A DNA stretch of 64,000 nt from the NCBI GenBank assembly GCA_902795435.1, contig CADBLE010000004.1:71601-135600 (forward strand), in the 5' to 3' direction. How positions within the stretch are numbered: position 1 is the first letter of the stretch; each line of letters begins with the position of its first letter. A program made the position numbers and the translations under genes. Shown piece by piece: positions 32,192 to 41,935 of this stretch. The DNA comes from an uncultured Pseudomonadota bacterium (GTDB lineage Bacteria > Pseudomonadota > Alphaproteobacteria > Rs-D84). The notes below the pieces were generated by a model. The model had not been told where the DNA came from. It ran no database searches and saw nothing but the letters and a program-made list of their open reading frames with translations.

Positions 32192-33397
32192 TTATGGCAA
32201 ATTGGTTTGTTCCGGTGCACTGAAACGCCAACCACGGAATGTTTGACCTTTCTTGGTTGCCGCTTTGACTGGCGTACGTACATCTTCGCCATACGTTGCG
32301 GTACCCGCATTGTTTGCGGATATATCCGCCGCACTTGCATCAGACCAATTAATGTTAATAACATTTGCCTCACACATGGCTGGACCCGATTCAATAGCCC
32401 CGAACATCGCAGCACGGAACGCGAGGTTGGTCGAACCCGTGTACTGCACGTTGCTCGCACAGTAGCTAGCGCAGCTGCCACTGCAATTCCACGCGTCGTG
32501 GAAGTCGGTGTAGAACACCCAAGGGGAGAGCACCGCTTGCATGTTGCCACTTCCATCTTTATATCCGGTTACATTACAATAACAATATTGTGCCCCCGTT
32601 TGACCCGTTTCATCCGTTAAATTTGATGTTATTGTTGGGTTTGTCCATGTATAACTATTATTATCACCTGCCTGTGTAGAACAACGACCCTGACCAACCA
32701 ACACACCCTTTGACGAACCATAATCAACCGCCCATGTGTTATTATCGCTTATGCCATAATATGATTGTCCATTTGATGCGCTTTCAATGAATAAACCACT
32801 GTTATTTACAAATGCACTGTTTTCACCCCTACCGGTACCAATTGTAGATGTTAAATTCAATCCCTGTTTCAAATGCCAACCGTTCACGCATGCCGTTGGT
32901 TCACATGTATCGGTACCGGCACCGTAATAATCATTACCAGATACCGCCGTTGCGTGCGCGATATTTGTGAATGATGTTCCCATATTATTTATATCACATG
33001 CACGATAACATTGTGTATCTGATGATGCACCGTCTGCGGAATTTGCATAGCCCGTTGGACATGTTTGTATACCCTGTGGCGTGGTTTGATTATATTGGAC
33101 ATTACCACTGATTCCCGGGCAAAACGAGCCCGCCGGACATGTTATTACGGTTTCAGAATCTGCAGGCAAATATTGTCCCGCGTTTACGATATAATCTATG
33201 ATATCGTATTCCGCGACCGCGTTTACGGTGCCTTCGTATACACTATCCATATTGTCTGCAGTTGCCGCATTGGTATATGTATAATCTTCCTGCATATAAC
33301 CGTCATTTGGGAATGAGTCGGTATGACTTGGTTCTGCAATTGCCGGTGCAACAAAGCCCATTGCAAGCGCGCTGGTTAAAAAGATTTTTTGTGACAT
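32192..33397 (-). CDS. Sec-exported cysteine-rich, Gly/Thr/Ser/Asn/Tyr-rich protein encoded by a GC-rich, compositionally foreign gene
   Basis: Signal peptide MSQKIFLTSALAMGFVAPAIA|EP. The mature part has about 22 Cys in paired arrangement. Its GC content is visibly much higher than its neighbours, enough to spawn spurious antisense ORFs. It has its own upstream hairpin terminator at 33421-33440. Confidence 0.55.
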   Translation of the reverse strand: MSQKIFLTSALAMGFVAPAIAEPSHTDSFPNDGYMQEDYTYTNAATADNMDSVYEGTVNAVAEYDIIDYIVNAGQYLPADSETVITCPAGSFCPGISGNVQYNQTTPQGIQTCPTGYANSADGASSDTQCYRACDINNMGTSFTNIAHATAVSGNDYYGAGTDTCEPTACVNGWHLKQGLNLTSTIGTGRGENSAFVNNSGLFIESASNGQSYYGISDNNTWAVDYGSSKGVLVGQGRCSTQAGDNNSYTWTNPTITSNLTDETGQTGAQYCYCNVTGYKDGSGNMQAVLSPWVFYTDFHDAWNCSGSCASYCASNVQYTGSTNLAFRAAMFGAIESGPAMCEANVININWSDASAADISANNAGTATYGEDVRTPVKAATKKGQTFRGWRFSAPEQTNLP

Positions 33398-33655
33398 GGT
33401 TACTCCCTTCTTTTCTTTTTTTTAACAAGAAAACCACCATAAACATTTGGTGGTTGGAGGTTAGTAACAATTAAAACAGAAATTGTGCCGTTTATTTATG
33501 TATATCACGACCCTCCAACCATAATTGAAGTTGGAGGCATTTTTCGTCTGCTTTACGACGCTGTTTTAACCGGGTTACTACACCCCACCGATAAAAATTC
33601 TTATCGACATTTTTATCATAGCAATTTTAGAAAAATTTTTACAAGTAAATTTTAT

Positions 33656-34726
33656 TTACATCAAAACGGCGGTGATTTGTTCCTGCATTTGGAAAGTACC
33701 CAGAACTATCCACCCAATGATAATAGACACCAATATAATACCAATACTATTCAGAACACTGGATATAGATTCCATACGGCGAACTGATTCTTCCATATAA
33801 TCTTTCGCGATATCGTCCAGATTTTGTGCAAAATCGTTCATATCTGAATAAATCATTAAATCGCCAACGATTTCACTGTTTGGAAAATCTTTGCCCGTCA
33901 ATGCCAGCGCAGAACCCAAATTTTCACCGTTTGCAATATGATGCAGGGTTTCTTCTAATATATTTGATAAATATCTGTTTGATGAATCCATCAACAAACG
34001 CAACGCATCTGGTACCGATACCCCCGCAGACACCATTGCCGCCAATGACATCAGCCAACCAACAGATGTTTGTAATTTATAAATATTCCATGGTGGTAAT
34101 TTATCAAATAAAGTTCTGAGCCGTCCCGTCCATATTGGCAAAGATAACCATACAACAGATATCAAACCGACCAAGCCCGCTGCGAATACATACCAATATT
34201 TATTTGCGAAATCTGATACCCATATCAGGGACGCCGCCGTGCCACGCCATATAATATCACTGCCCGCGGCCTGGGCCAATGGTGGAACCAAATATATTCC
34301 AACCATAATAATTATACCTATTGTCAATAAAAACAAAAATAACGGATATGCCAACGCAGACCACATTGCGCGTTTAATACGCCTTATTCCGCCGACAACA
34401 CGCGATACATTTTCAAGTGAAACCAATAAACTGGACACATTACCAGACATCAACAGCAATGTTTCTTCGGTTGGAACCCAACCACGTGTGGCCTCACTGA
34501 AAGTCATACCTTTTTCCAGGTTTTGTTGAATTTCACGCATTGCGATTGCAAATGGTTCATCTGGTTTTCGGCCGTCAAATGATTCTATCATTTCAATACG
34601 GTGCAACGCGTCCATCAATGTAAAATTATTACGCAACAGAGATGCGATTTTTCTTGAAATCGCCATACGTTTATCAGTATTTGTTCTAAAAACCAGTTTT
34701 GCATACAGCAAATCTAATTTAGTCAT
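33656..34726 (-). CDS. type IV filament inner-membrane platform protein (GspF/PilC/TcpE/PilR family)
   Basis: 356 aa with two T2SSF-like repeats (…LMDALHRIEMIES…GMTFSEATRGWVP… and …VPDALRLLMDSSN…GENLGSALALTG…) and three TM segments. Confidence 0.7.
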   Translation of the reverse strand: MTKLDLLYAKLVFRTNTDKRMAISRKIASLLRNNFTLMDALHRIEMIESFDGRKPDEPFAIAMREIQQNLEKGMTFSEATRGWVPTEETLLLMSGNVSSLLVSLENVSRVVGGIRRIKRAMWSALAYPLFLFLLTIGIIIMVGIYLVPPLAQAAGSDIIWRGTAASLIWVSDFANKYWYVFAAGLVGLISVVWLSLPIWTGRLRTLFDKLPPWNIYKLQTSVGWLMSLAAMVSAGVSVPDALRLLMDSSNRYLSNILEETLHHIANGENLGSALALTGKDFPNSEIVGDLMIYSDMNDFAQNLDDIAKDYMEESVRRMESISSVLNSIGIILVSIIIGWIVLGTFQMQEQITAVLM

Positions 34727-34729
34727 CTT

Positions 34730-36370
34730 TTAATACACCCATGGTCTGTCTAATAAACCAACCCTGTCTTCCAATTCATCAACACCGATAATACCACGCA
34801 ACATCAATTCAGTTGCAGATTCTTTCAATGTTCGGCCATTCATTTTTTCAAGCCAATATTTAACCGCACTTTCTGTTTCCCCCGCCAGCGCAAGTGATAA
34901 AAATTCACTGTTTGTGATAATGATTTCACCCGCCTTGACACGACCGATTGTTCCGGTGCCATTACAATATTCACAACCAACCCCACGAACATAGGTTTGT
35001 GCCAAACCTAAATCACCCAATGTTTCGCGAACACGGTTATATGACGGATGATTTCTTTTATCTAATAATCTTTCACGACAATGCGGGCATAATTTCTTGA
35101 ACAAACGCATAGAAACCAAACCGCGCATCATTGTTTCATCTTTCAATTTGAATGCTTCAACCCCCATATCCAACAAACGGGTCAATGCACCCATCGCAGA
35201 ATTAGCATGCAAAGTTGTCCAAACATTATGACCAGACAACGCGCCCTTGACCGTCAATTGTGCCGCAGATAAAGTTCTGATTTCACCGACCATCAATGTA
35301 TCAGGGTCGCTTCGCAAAGCAGCGGCCAGGGCTTCTGTAAATTTTTCTTCACGTTGTTCTTCGTTTGCAGTATTTACAACCGGCATTTGATGTGCGCCGA
35401 AAATCTTTTGTTCTGCAGGATCTTCCACAGTAATAAGATTTATTTCATATCTTTTTTCTTTCAACATCAACGCCATATTGCGAACCAATGTCGTAGATTT
35501 ACCAGATGATGTAGGCCCCGCAACAACAACCAATCCCGTTGGTGCAGAACGTAATCTCATCAATAATTTTTGTTCGTATTCGTTAAATTCTTGTTCTGTT
35601 TTTATACCTTCACTTGGGTTATCATACAGCAGACGCATAACCACATATTGTGAACCAAACGCAATTGGATTAAATTGCATACGAATACCCAATACACCAT
35701 TTGGCAAATATAAATCTTTTGTTCCACGTAATGGTGTGCGACCATCTTTCTGGGCGGTTTGATATTCATTTTGTGCATAACTTGAATTAGAAATATCAGC
35801 CGACGCAAATGCCGCACGAACGAAAGATTCACCCCATTGTGAATTATATTCCAGAACCGGTTGCATACTGCCGTCTATACGAAAATAAATTGTTGTTTGG
35901 TCTGCAACTTCTATGTGAATATCAGAAACCTTTTGTGATGCAGCACGTGCGATAATATCAACAAAATCTTTCTGCATCTGGTTATCATAATCCGGTCGCG
36001 CATGTATTCCACCAACCCTTTCATCATTGTATTTGTAAATATTTGATATCAACCCTAAATCAGAATAAAAAGGTTGCTTCATCAATCTGTTTTTTTGACG
36101 CAATAAATCTATAAACGCAATAACACGACCATCATATCTGTGTGTTCTGGAAATAATAATTTCGCCACTTGAAAAATAAGCAATCAAACTCTGTGTGTCT
36201 TTCGGCAAAGCCAATTCACCCGCAGAAGATGTCAATAATCTGTTTTTATTAGAAAACAAATAATCTATGATATCTTTACCATTTGCATTTTCAAGACCCG
36301 TCGGAATTGACGGTTTTGATGAAACATCATTAAAAACTTTATCGTCTTTTTTTGGCATATTATTTTCCAA
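34730..36370 (-). CDS. type IV filament assembly ATPase (GspE/PilB/TcpT/PilQ-R64 family) with a C4 zinc motif
   Basis: Walker A AGPTSSGKSTTL, Asp box and Walker B TLMVGEIR, His box TTLHANSA, the N2 domain DIHIEV...IYFRIDG, and a tetracysteine CPHC...CEYC. Confidence 0.8.
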   Translation of the reverse strand: MENNMPKKDDKVFNDVSSKPSIPTGLENANGKDIIDYLFSNKNRLLTSSAGELALPKDTQSLIAYFSSGEIIISRTHRYDGRVIAFIDLLRQKNRLMKQPFYSDLGLISNIYKYNDERVGGIHARPDYDNQMQKDFVDIIARAASQKVSDIHIEVADQTTIYFRIDGSMQPVLEYNSQWGESFVRAAFASADISNSSYAQNEYQTAQKDGRTPLRGTKDLYLPNGVLGIRMQFNPIAFGSQYVVMRLLYDNPSEGIKTEQEFNEYEQKLLMRLRSAPTGLVVVAGPTSSGKSTTLVRNMALMLKEKRYEINLITVEDPAEQKIFGAHQMPVVNTANEEQREEKFTEALAAALRSDPDTLMVGEIRTLSAAQLTVKGALSGHNVWTTLHANSAMGALTRLLDMGVEAFKLKDETMMRGLVSMRLFKKLCPHCRERLLDKRNHPSYNRVRETLGDLGLAQTYVRGVGCEYCNGTGTIGRVKAGEIIITNSEFLSLALAGETESAVKYWLEKMNGRTLKESATELMLRGIIGVDELEDRVGLLDRPWVY

Positions 36371-37037
36371 TGTTTATATTTTCTTCTTCACCATCTTTTT
36401 CAAACACAATTCCGTCATTCAAAGAAATACTTTTTACAACATAGCCATCAATTTGTTTACCAACACTGACGCGTTTATTTTGACCACTTGAAATTTCTTC
36501 AATTGTTGCCTGTAATTGGTTACCAACACCAATAACATTTACCAATTTATAGTTCTTTGATAAACCACCTTCTGCAACTTTCTTTTGTTGTTTTTCTTGG
36601 ACAACAACTTCTTCTTCATCTGGTTGTTCCAATTGGCGTTTTAATTTTTCTGTTTGTGCTTCTAATTGTGCCTTGGTTGCTTCTAATTCTTGCTGCTGTT
36701 GTTCTGCACGACCAGACAAAGTATCCAATTCCATTTGAATTTTCAATTTTTCAGCATTTAATCTTTCCAATTCTAAATCAAGTTGCGCCCTTTCTTTTTC
36801 AAGTTGCATAACAACCTTTTCTTGTTCTAATGCTGTTATTCTTTCAAACAAAGAACCACTGACTTCGTAATTATTTAATGCATCGGCAGACATTTGGTCG
36901 GCTGTTTCTTCTGTAACAACAACTTCTTCTTCAATAAAATCTTCTGAAAAAGATGGGACAGAAAAACCGAATATAACCAAAATAGATAATAATATTTTCT
37001 TCATCTTATTTTTCCTTTTTTTATTTTGTATAAACAA
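36360..37037 (-). CDS. periplasmic coiled-coil protein with a C-terminal beta domain; PilP/GspC-like secretin-interacting candidate
   Basis: Signal peptide, a long Q/E-rich coiled coil, and a C-terminus KLVNVIGVGNQLQATIEE...VSVGKQIDGYVVKSISLNDGIVFEKDG that resembles PilP/GspC HR-like domains. Confidence 0.35.
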   Translation of the reverse strand: MFIQNKKRKNKMKKILLSILVIFGFSVPSFSEDFIEEEVVVTEETADQMSADALNNYEVSGSLFERITALEQEKVVMQLEKERAQLDLELERLNAEKLKIQMELDTLSGRAEQQQQELEATKAQLEAQTEKLKRQLEQPDEEEVVVQEKQQKKVAEGGLSKNYKLVNVIGVGNQLQATIEEISSGQNKRVSVGKQIDGYVVKSISLNDGIVFEKDGEEENINIGK

Positions 37038-38301
37038 TTACTTCGTAATTCCATGTTCTTGTGTTTGCGTTCCAATTTACAGATGTCATATAAACACCAC
37101 CAAATTCATTAAACACATTCATAAATTCAGATGGTATCATTTTTGATGATGCAGAAACTTCTATTACATTTATTTTTTCTGTTTCTTCGCCATTTGATAT
37201 CGTGTCTGAAACACCGTTTATGTGTAATTTAGTGTTTATCTTTTGGAAATTAGTTGTAATATCACGCATGGCTGTAACCTGGTCGCGTTCGTCCAAAGAA
37301 GAAATTGTTTTTATTTCAGGTAACATAACACGAACCAACACTTCATTTTCAGATAATTGTTGAACAACTGCACCAGGAAACAATTCAGAACCAATTTCAT
37401 AAAAACCATTTAATGTCCCAAAATCGCGTTTGAATGTAGCGGTTACATATTTTTCATCACATTTTGTATATGTTTGGTTCCACCCAGATATTGGTTGCAT
37501 AACAAAAGCAATCGCTTTATAACACAAATTTGCGCGTTCCATAACATCTGGCAAATGTTCGTATGGACGATTTAATGGTTCAATTTCTTTTTTAACAATA
37601 TTGAATTGTTTGTCCAATTCTTTATTTTTCAATTCAATTTGACGTTTATATTCAGCCGCCAATTCAGGGTCTATATTTGCATGTTTGCGTGGCATAATAC
37701 TTTTACCCATTGGTGAATACAAAACAGATGCAACCGCCGCTACAAAAAGAACAATAAAGAATATAGACGGTAACAAAGATTTTACAATACTGATATTACG
37801 TAATCTGGCAATATTGTTGTTTTGGATAATATCTGGTAAAAATTTTTCCTGGGAACGTGGCATTCCCCAAGATGCTGGTGCAAACAAAGCACCCCAATCA
37901 GGAATGTTTGATAATTCAGTATAAATTTCACGTGCGCTTTTTTCAGATTCTATCAAAATATCACGAATAATAATTCCATTACGCACCGCAACCAGATAAA
38001 AACCATTATCAGTTTGGAAAACACCCAAAAACGAAATCAAATCTGCAAAATTATCAACAATTTCCGCAGCCGCACTTGGCATAGAAAAATATGCACCATT
38101 TTTGCCATTGGTTAAACCAACCATAGATTTATATTCTGTAAACAGCGTATATTTTGTATTTTTAGCCAGTTGTCTTGCATAATTAAATGCAGTATTACCA
38201 ACACTGACAGGTTGCCAAAACAGGCCTGTCGCATATTTTTTATGATGAACAGTTATGGTTTGTTTAATCATTCTCTCTTCTGTGTTGATATTATAACACA
38301 A
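37021..38301 (-). CDS. bitopic inner-membrane assembly protein, GspL/BfpC/PilO(R64)-like candidate
   Basis: 426 aa with a cytoplasmic domain of about 190 aa, a central TM (LLPSIFFIVLFVAAVASVLY) and a periplasmic domain of about 210 aa. This is the same topology and size as GspL-type ATPase anchors. It is the first gene of the apparent operon. Confidence 0.3.
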   Translation of the reverse strand: MCYNINTEERMIKQTITVHHKKYATGLFWQPVSVGNTAFNYARQLAKNTKYTLFTEYKSMVGLTNGKNGAYFSMPSAAAEIVDNFADLISFLGVFQTDNGFYLVAVRNGIIIRDILIESEKSAREIYTELSNIPDWGALFAPASWGMPRSQEKFLPDIIQNNNIARLRNISIVKSLLPSIFFIVLFVAAVASVLYSPMGKSIMPRKHANIDPELAAEYKRQIELKNKELDKQFNIVKKEIEPLNRPYEHLPDVMERANLCYKAIAFVMQPISGWNQTYTKCDEKYVTATFKRDFGTLNGFYEIGSELFPGAVVQQLSENEVLVRVMLPEIKTISSLDERDQVTAMRDITTNFQKINTKLHINGVSDTISNGEETEKINVIEVSASSKMIPSEFMNVFNEFGGVYMTSVNWNANTRTWNYEVIVYTK

Positions 38302-38361
38302 AAGATAAAATAAAATAAAGGTAAAATTGTATTAAAAAAGTCGTATTTCTACGACTTTTAT

Positions 38362-38673
38362 TTATTTTTTACATTTATAAACTTTTGCTTTGACCTTAAA
38401 CGTGTTTTTCGGTCCAAATATAGCACCTTCGTTTTCCAGTGTTTCTTCGCCTGTGATATAGTAAGTATCCCCCAGACCGTCTTGTTCAATTATTCTTTTT
38501 TCAAGAAATTCATACGCATCTTTTACATTGTAAGAAGTCATTGTTGTATCAACATTATACAAATATTCACAATTTTTTGGTTCACTGGTCAATCTGACAA
38601 TACCATTATTTTGTTCAGGTACCGTTGTTGCACACGCGCCCAAAATTAAAGACAGTAATACTAATTTTTTCAT
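38362..38673 (-). CDS. small lipoprotein (hypothetical)
   Basis: MKKLVLLSLILGACAT lipobox. It has its own terminator at 38335-38362. Confidence 0.4.
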   Translation of the reverse strand: MKKLVLLSLILGACATTVPEQNNGIVRLTSEPKNCEYLYNVDTTMTSYNVKDAYEFLEKRIIEQDGLGDTYYITGEETLENEGAIFGPKNTFKVKAKVYKCKK

Positions 38674-38870
38674 TTTTTCCTCCCTTTTTCTTTCAATTTA
38701 GATTCTAAAACTACACATGAAGCACCCAGCCCCAAAAACATTATTTCAATTAAAAACACATAAAAAGTTCCTAACAAATTATTTTCTACAAAATAATCTG
38801 TTATTTCAAAAGCAACAACCAATAAAAAATACCAACCAAACCAGATTAAATTTTTTTGCCATCTTTTCAT
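38670..38870 (-). CDS. small two-TM membrane protein (hypothetical)
   Basis: 66-aa ORF overlapping the start of the downstream lipoprotein gene by 4 nt. Confidence 0.3.
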   Translation of the reverse strand: MKRWQKNLIWFGWYFLLVVAFEITDYFVENNLLGTFYVFLIEIMFLGLGASCVVLESKLKEKGRKK

Positions 38871-38880
38871 TTTTTAACCT

Positions 38881-39810
38881 TTATATGATTTCATAATTAT
38901 CTGGGTCGCTGAATAATTTACGCAAAACCAAATTATTCAACGCATGCGAACCCTTGACTGATTCAAGATTTGCATAAATAAAACCACCACTTGTGAACAT
39001 ATCACCAACAGCGTCTATGATTTTATGACGAACAAATTCGTTTTTATAATACAGTTTATTTAATGTTCCGTCACCCGCATCATTCAATGCAATCACATTA
39101 TGTTCATTTGCACCACGACCCATACCATGTGCCTTTAACCATTCCCATTCGCTGTATTTACCGAAAGTTCTTGATTTAGCAATATCTTTGATAAATTTAT
39201 ATTTTGTTTTTTTAGTTCCGTCCAAAAAACAAGAATAAGATTGTGTTCCTATGATTTTATCTTTATAAACCAATGTTGCGTCTATGTTTAAACCCTTGCT
39301 GTTTGGAGACAATTTAACAAAACCGTTGCCTTTTCTCCAAATCGTGTGGTTAAAGATAATTGTTTTCAATTTCTTGAAACCATGCATTTGTTTTACCAAT
39401 TCATTTCTTTTTGCGACAATTGTCTTTTTAACAATAATTTTTTTCATCTTGGTTTTTGTGCCAACATATTTTTCCAGCATTTTGATAAATTCAGAAGCAC
39501 TTCCGTCCAAGATTGGTGTTTCTTGACCGTCTATTTCAATAATCGCGCTGTCTATACCCAATAAAAACAAGGCAGCCATTAAATGTTCAATTGTTTGTAC
39601 ATGCGCACCATTTGTTTTACCAATTGTGGTATTACGCATCAAAGTTTCCCCAACATTATCAAAACTCGCAGGAATCAATTCAGAATTTGGTATATCAATT
39701 CTGTGAAAGAAAATACCATATTTTTTAGATGGTTTAACAACCATATTCACAACATTTCCAGAATGAATACCGACCCCAGAAATTTTAACTTTTTTTGTTA
39801 GAGATGTCAT
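38881..39810 (-). CDS. lpxC: UDP-3-O-acyl-N-acetylglucosamine deacetylase
   Basis: MTSLTKKVKISGVGIHSGN..., ...TIEHLMAAL..., and an HKxxD-like pattern. Confidence 0.85.
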   Translation of the reverse strand: MTSLTKKVKISGVGIHSGNVVNMVVKPSKKYGIFFHRIDIPNSELIPASFDNVGETLMRNTTIGKTNGAHVQTIEHLMAALFLLGIDSAIIEIDGQETPILDGSASEFIKMLEKYVGTKTKMKKIIVKKTIVAKRNELVKQMHGFKKLKTIIFNHTIWRKGNGFVKLSPNSKGLNIDATLVYKDKIIGTQSYSCFLDGTKKTKYKFIKDIAKSRTFGKYSEWEWLKAHGMGRGANEHNVIALNDAGDGTLNKLYYKNEFVRHKIIDAVGDMFTSGGFIYANLESVKGSHALNNLVLRKLFSDPDNYEII

Positions 39811-40732
39811 TTACCTTTCCTTTTAACCAATCATAAAAACCGTTTTCAATTTCAGTATTTAACGCAGAAAATCTTATTTGTTTTTTTGCCCAATTTGGTA
39901 ATCTGACCCAATCTTTTTCAGTAGTCAATAATTTGGCACCTTTTTCTTCTGCCATATTTATTAAATCTTTGATATCGTTATCATTATATTGATAATGGTC
40001 TGGGAAAGATTTTGTTTCTATCAAATTAGCATTTATATTATTAAAGAATTTTTCAGGATACCCAATACCCGCAAACGCAATAACAGGTGTTTTTTCATCA
40101 TATGGATATATTTCTTTGTTTTTCGCATAAAAGATAGGAATATTTGTTGGTAAATTGAAATTTTTAGCAACATTTTTCTTTCTGATTACGATAATCGCAT
40201 CTGCCCTGTGAATCGCAGAAATTGGTTCGCGCAATGGACCCGCAGGCAATAAAAATCCATTTCCAAAACCAATACTTTCATCAAACACCAATATTGAAAT
40301 ATCTTTTTTAATAGATGAATTTTGGAAACCGTCGTCCATAATAATTGGTGTTTTTTCAGATTGTTTATTTAGCAAAATTAAATTGCTTTTTCTGTTTCCA
40401 ACATGAACCAAAATTCCGTCATTTGATAACATTTTTGCTTCATCACCAATATTACCAGTTTGTGCAGATTTTTTATAACCACGCATAACAACCGGTGAAT
40501 CAAAATATTTAGCAACCTGTCTTACAATTGGGGTTTTTCCAACACCTCCAGACAAAATATTTCCAAAACAAATAATCGGACGATTTGATACATATTCTCT
40601 TTTTTCACGCATAAAAAATACAAATCTGGACGCCATAAAATAAAACCCAGAAAATGGATATAAAATATACGAAATCAAATTTTTTCTTAAAAACCAATTT
40701 GGTGTTTTCATAACTAATCTTTTTTTAATCAA
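39785..40732 (-). CDS. lpxK: tetraacyldisaccharide 4'-kinase
   Basis: P-loop FGNILSGGVGKTPIV. Confidence 0.8.
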   Translation of the reverse strand: MIKKRLVMKTPNWFLRKNLISYILYPFSGFYFMASRFVFFMREKREYVSNRPIICFGNILSGGVGKTPIVRQVAKYFDSPVVMRGYKKSAQTGNIGDEAKMLSNDGILVHVGNRKSNLILLNKQSEKTPIIMDDGFQNSSIKKDISILVFDESIGFGNGFLLPAGPLREPISAIHRADAIIVIRKKNVAKNFNLPTNIPIFYAKNKEIYPYDEKTPVIAFAGIGYPEKFFNNINANLIETKSFPDHYQYNDNDIKDLINMAEEKGAKLLTTEKDWVRLPNWAKKQIRFSALNTEIENGFYDWLKGKVNDISNKKS

Positions 40733-41531
40733 AATCTTTTGGTGTTAAATCTTGTTCAACCTTGAAATCTGTGAATTTTTTATCCAGATTATAGGCCTGT
40801 TTAACCATTATATCTTCTAAATTTTTTCTTATTTTTTCGAAATCTTCAATAGGTGTTTTTTTATCTATAAAGATAGGTTTTCCAACCTCGCCTACTATTT
40901 TAGAAAAAGGATGTGTCAATAAATATCTGTCCCAACGATTCAAGAACCACGGACGTGAACACGAATAACAAACCGGTATAATTGGCGCACCCGTCATTTT
41001 TGCAAAATATAATGCCCCGTCATGAAAACGCATAGATGGTCCATTTGGTCCATCTGGGGACAGAGCCAAACAGAAATTACCATTGCGTAAAACATTGACA
41101 CCTTTCTTTAATACCGACACCCCACCATGAGATGACGACCCATAAATAGTGCGTAAACCAAACAATTTTTCCATTTTTGCAATTGCACGACCATCTTTCC
41201 TGCTGTCTGCGATAGCATAACCACGAACACGATTCAATGCAATAACCGGTGATAACATCATTGTTCGCCCGTGCCAAAATACGAAAATAGCCGGTTTTCT
41301 GGCATATTTTTTAAGGACATTTAATCCCTTGATATTTTTTTCAGATGTAAAATAAACGAACCAAATCAGCACATAATATATCAGTGCCAAAAACCATTGG
41401 ATAACACCCCAACCATATAAAATGCGAAAAAATCTTCTGATTTGTTTTCTAAGATATTTTCCCAAGATAATCACCTTATACCTTGATTCTAGCAACAAAA
41501 AATATACAATGCAAGCAACCAATAAATTCAC
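40725..41531 (-). CDS. lysophospholipid acyltransferase-superfamily protein (DUF374-like, lipid A-cluster associated)
   Basis: N-terminal TMs plus ...VFWHGRTMM... (HX4D-like). Its position immediately upstream of lpxK matches the alphaproteobacterial kdtA-DUF374-lpxK arrangement. Confidence 0.45.
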   Translation of the reverse strand: MNLLVACIVYFLLLESRYKVIILGKYLRKQIRRFFRILYGWGVIQWFLALIYYVLIWFVYFTSEKNIKGLNVLKKYARKPAIFVFWHGRTMMLSPVIALNRVRGYAIADSRKDGRAIAKMEKLFGLRTIYGSSSHGGVSVLKKGVNVLRNGNFCLALSPDGPNGPSMRFHDGALYFAKMTGAPIIPVCYSCSRPWFLNRWDRYLLTHPFSKIVGEVGKPIFIDKKTPIEDFEKIRKNLEDIMVKQAYNLDKKFTDFKVEQDLTPKDFD

Positions 41532-41558
41532 AAAAAATAAGATAAAATGCTTTTTTTA

Positions 41559-41594
41559 TTTGACAGCAAGAATTAAATAGATATAATAGGTTCT
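41559..41594 (+). promoter_or_regulatory. consensus sigma70 promoter TTGACA-N16-TATAAT for initiator tRNA
   Basis: tttgacagcaagaattaaatagatataat, with about 13 nt between it and the tRNA 5' end. Confidence 0.55.
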
Positions 41595-41600
41595 GCTTAT

Positions 41601-41677
<77 letters not shown>

Positions 41678-41689
41678 GTTAAATAAAAA

Positions 41690-41722
41690 AACACACCTAA
41701 AATGGTGTGTTTTTTTGTTTAA
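41690..41722 (+). terminator. intrinsic terminator after tRNA-fMet (aacacacctaaaatggtgtgttttttt)
   Basis: Inverted repeat acacacc/ggtgtgt followed by T7. Confidence 0.6.
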
Positions 41723-41822
41723 TTTTTTGTAGTCAGTGGTTTGATACCATGTAACGCAGTTGTTTGGTTCAAAATTTGTATATGAGAACGAACGATAGCG
41801 AAGTTCGAATAACTACAAATTT

Positions 41823-41935
41823 GCGCACAGGCATAATGTGCCGAGCGACCACAAGTAGATTTGATAAGTGAAACGTAATCAAATCGTTACGGTTACCGCG
41901 CAGGCATAATGTGCCGAGCGAATTCCATCTCCCTA
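41823..41935. repeat. two 24-bp direct repeats (gcacaggcataatgtgccgagcga) 74 bp apart, plus a 12/13-nt copy of the tRNA-fMet 3' end (aattccatctccc)
   Basis: Direct repeats at 41823-41848 and 41897-41921. aaTtccatctccc at 41922-41934 matches the tRNA 3' end aaAtccatctccc at 41658-41670. Confidence 0.5.

Noticed and set aside
32138-32620. Plus-strand ORFs of 160 aa and 70 aa inside the Cys-rich gene, and minus-strand ORF 31999..32556
   Set aside because: They are antisense or out of frame to a strongly supported secreted-protein gene. They arise because the locally high GC reduces stop-codon frequency.
41823-41921. CRISPR array
   Set aside because: There are only two 24-bp repeats, no further units and no cas genes.
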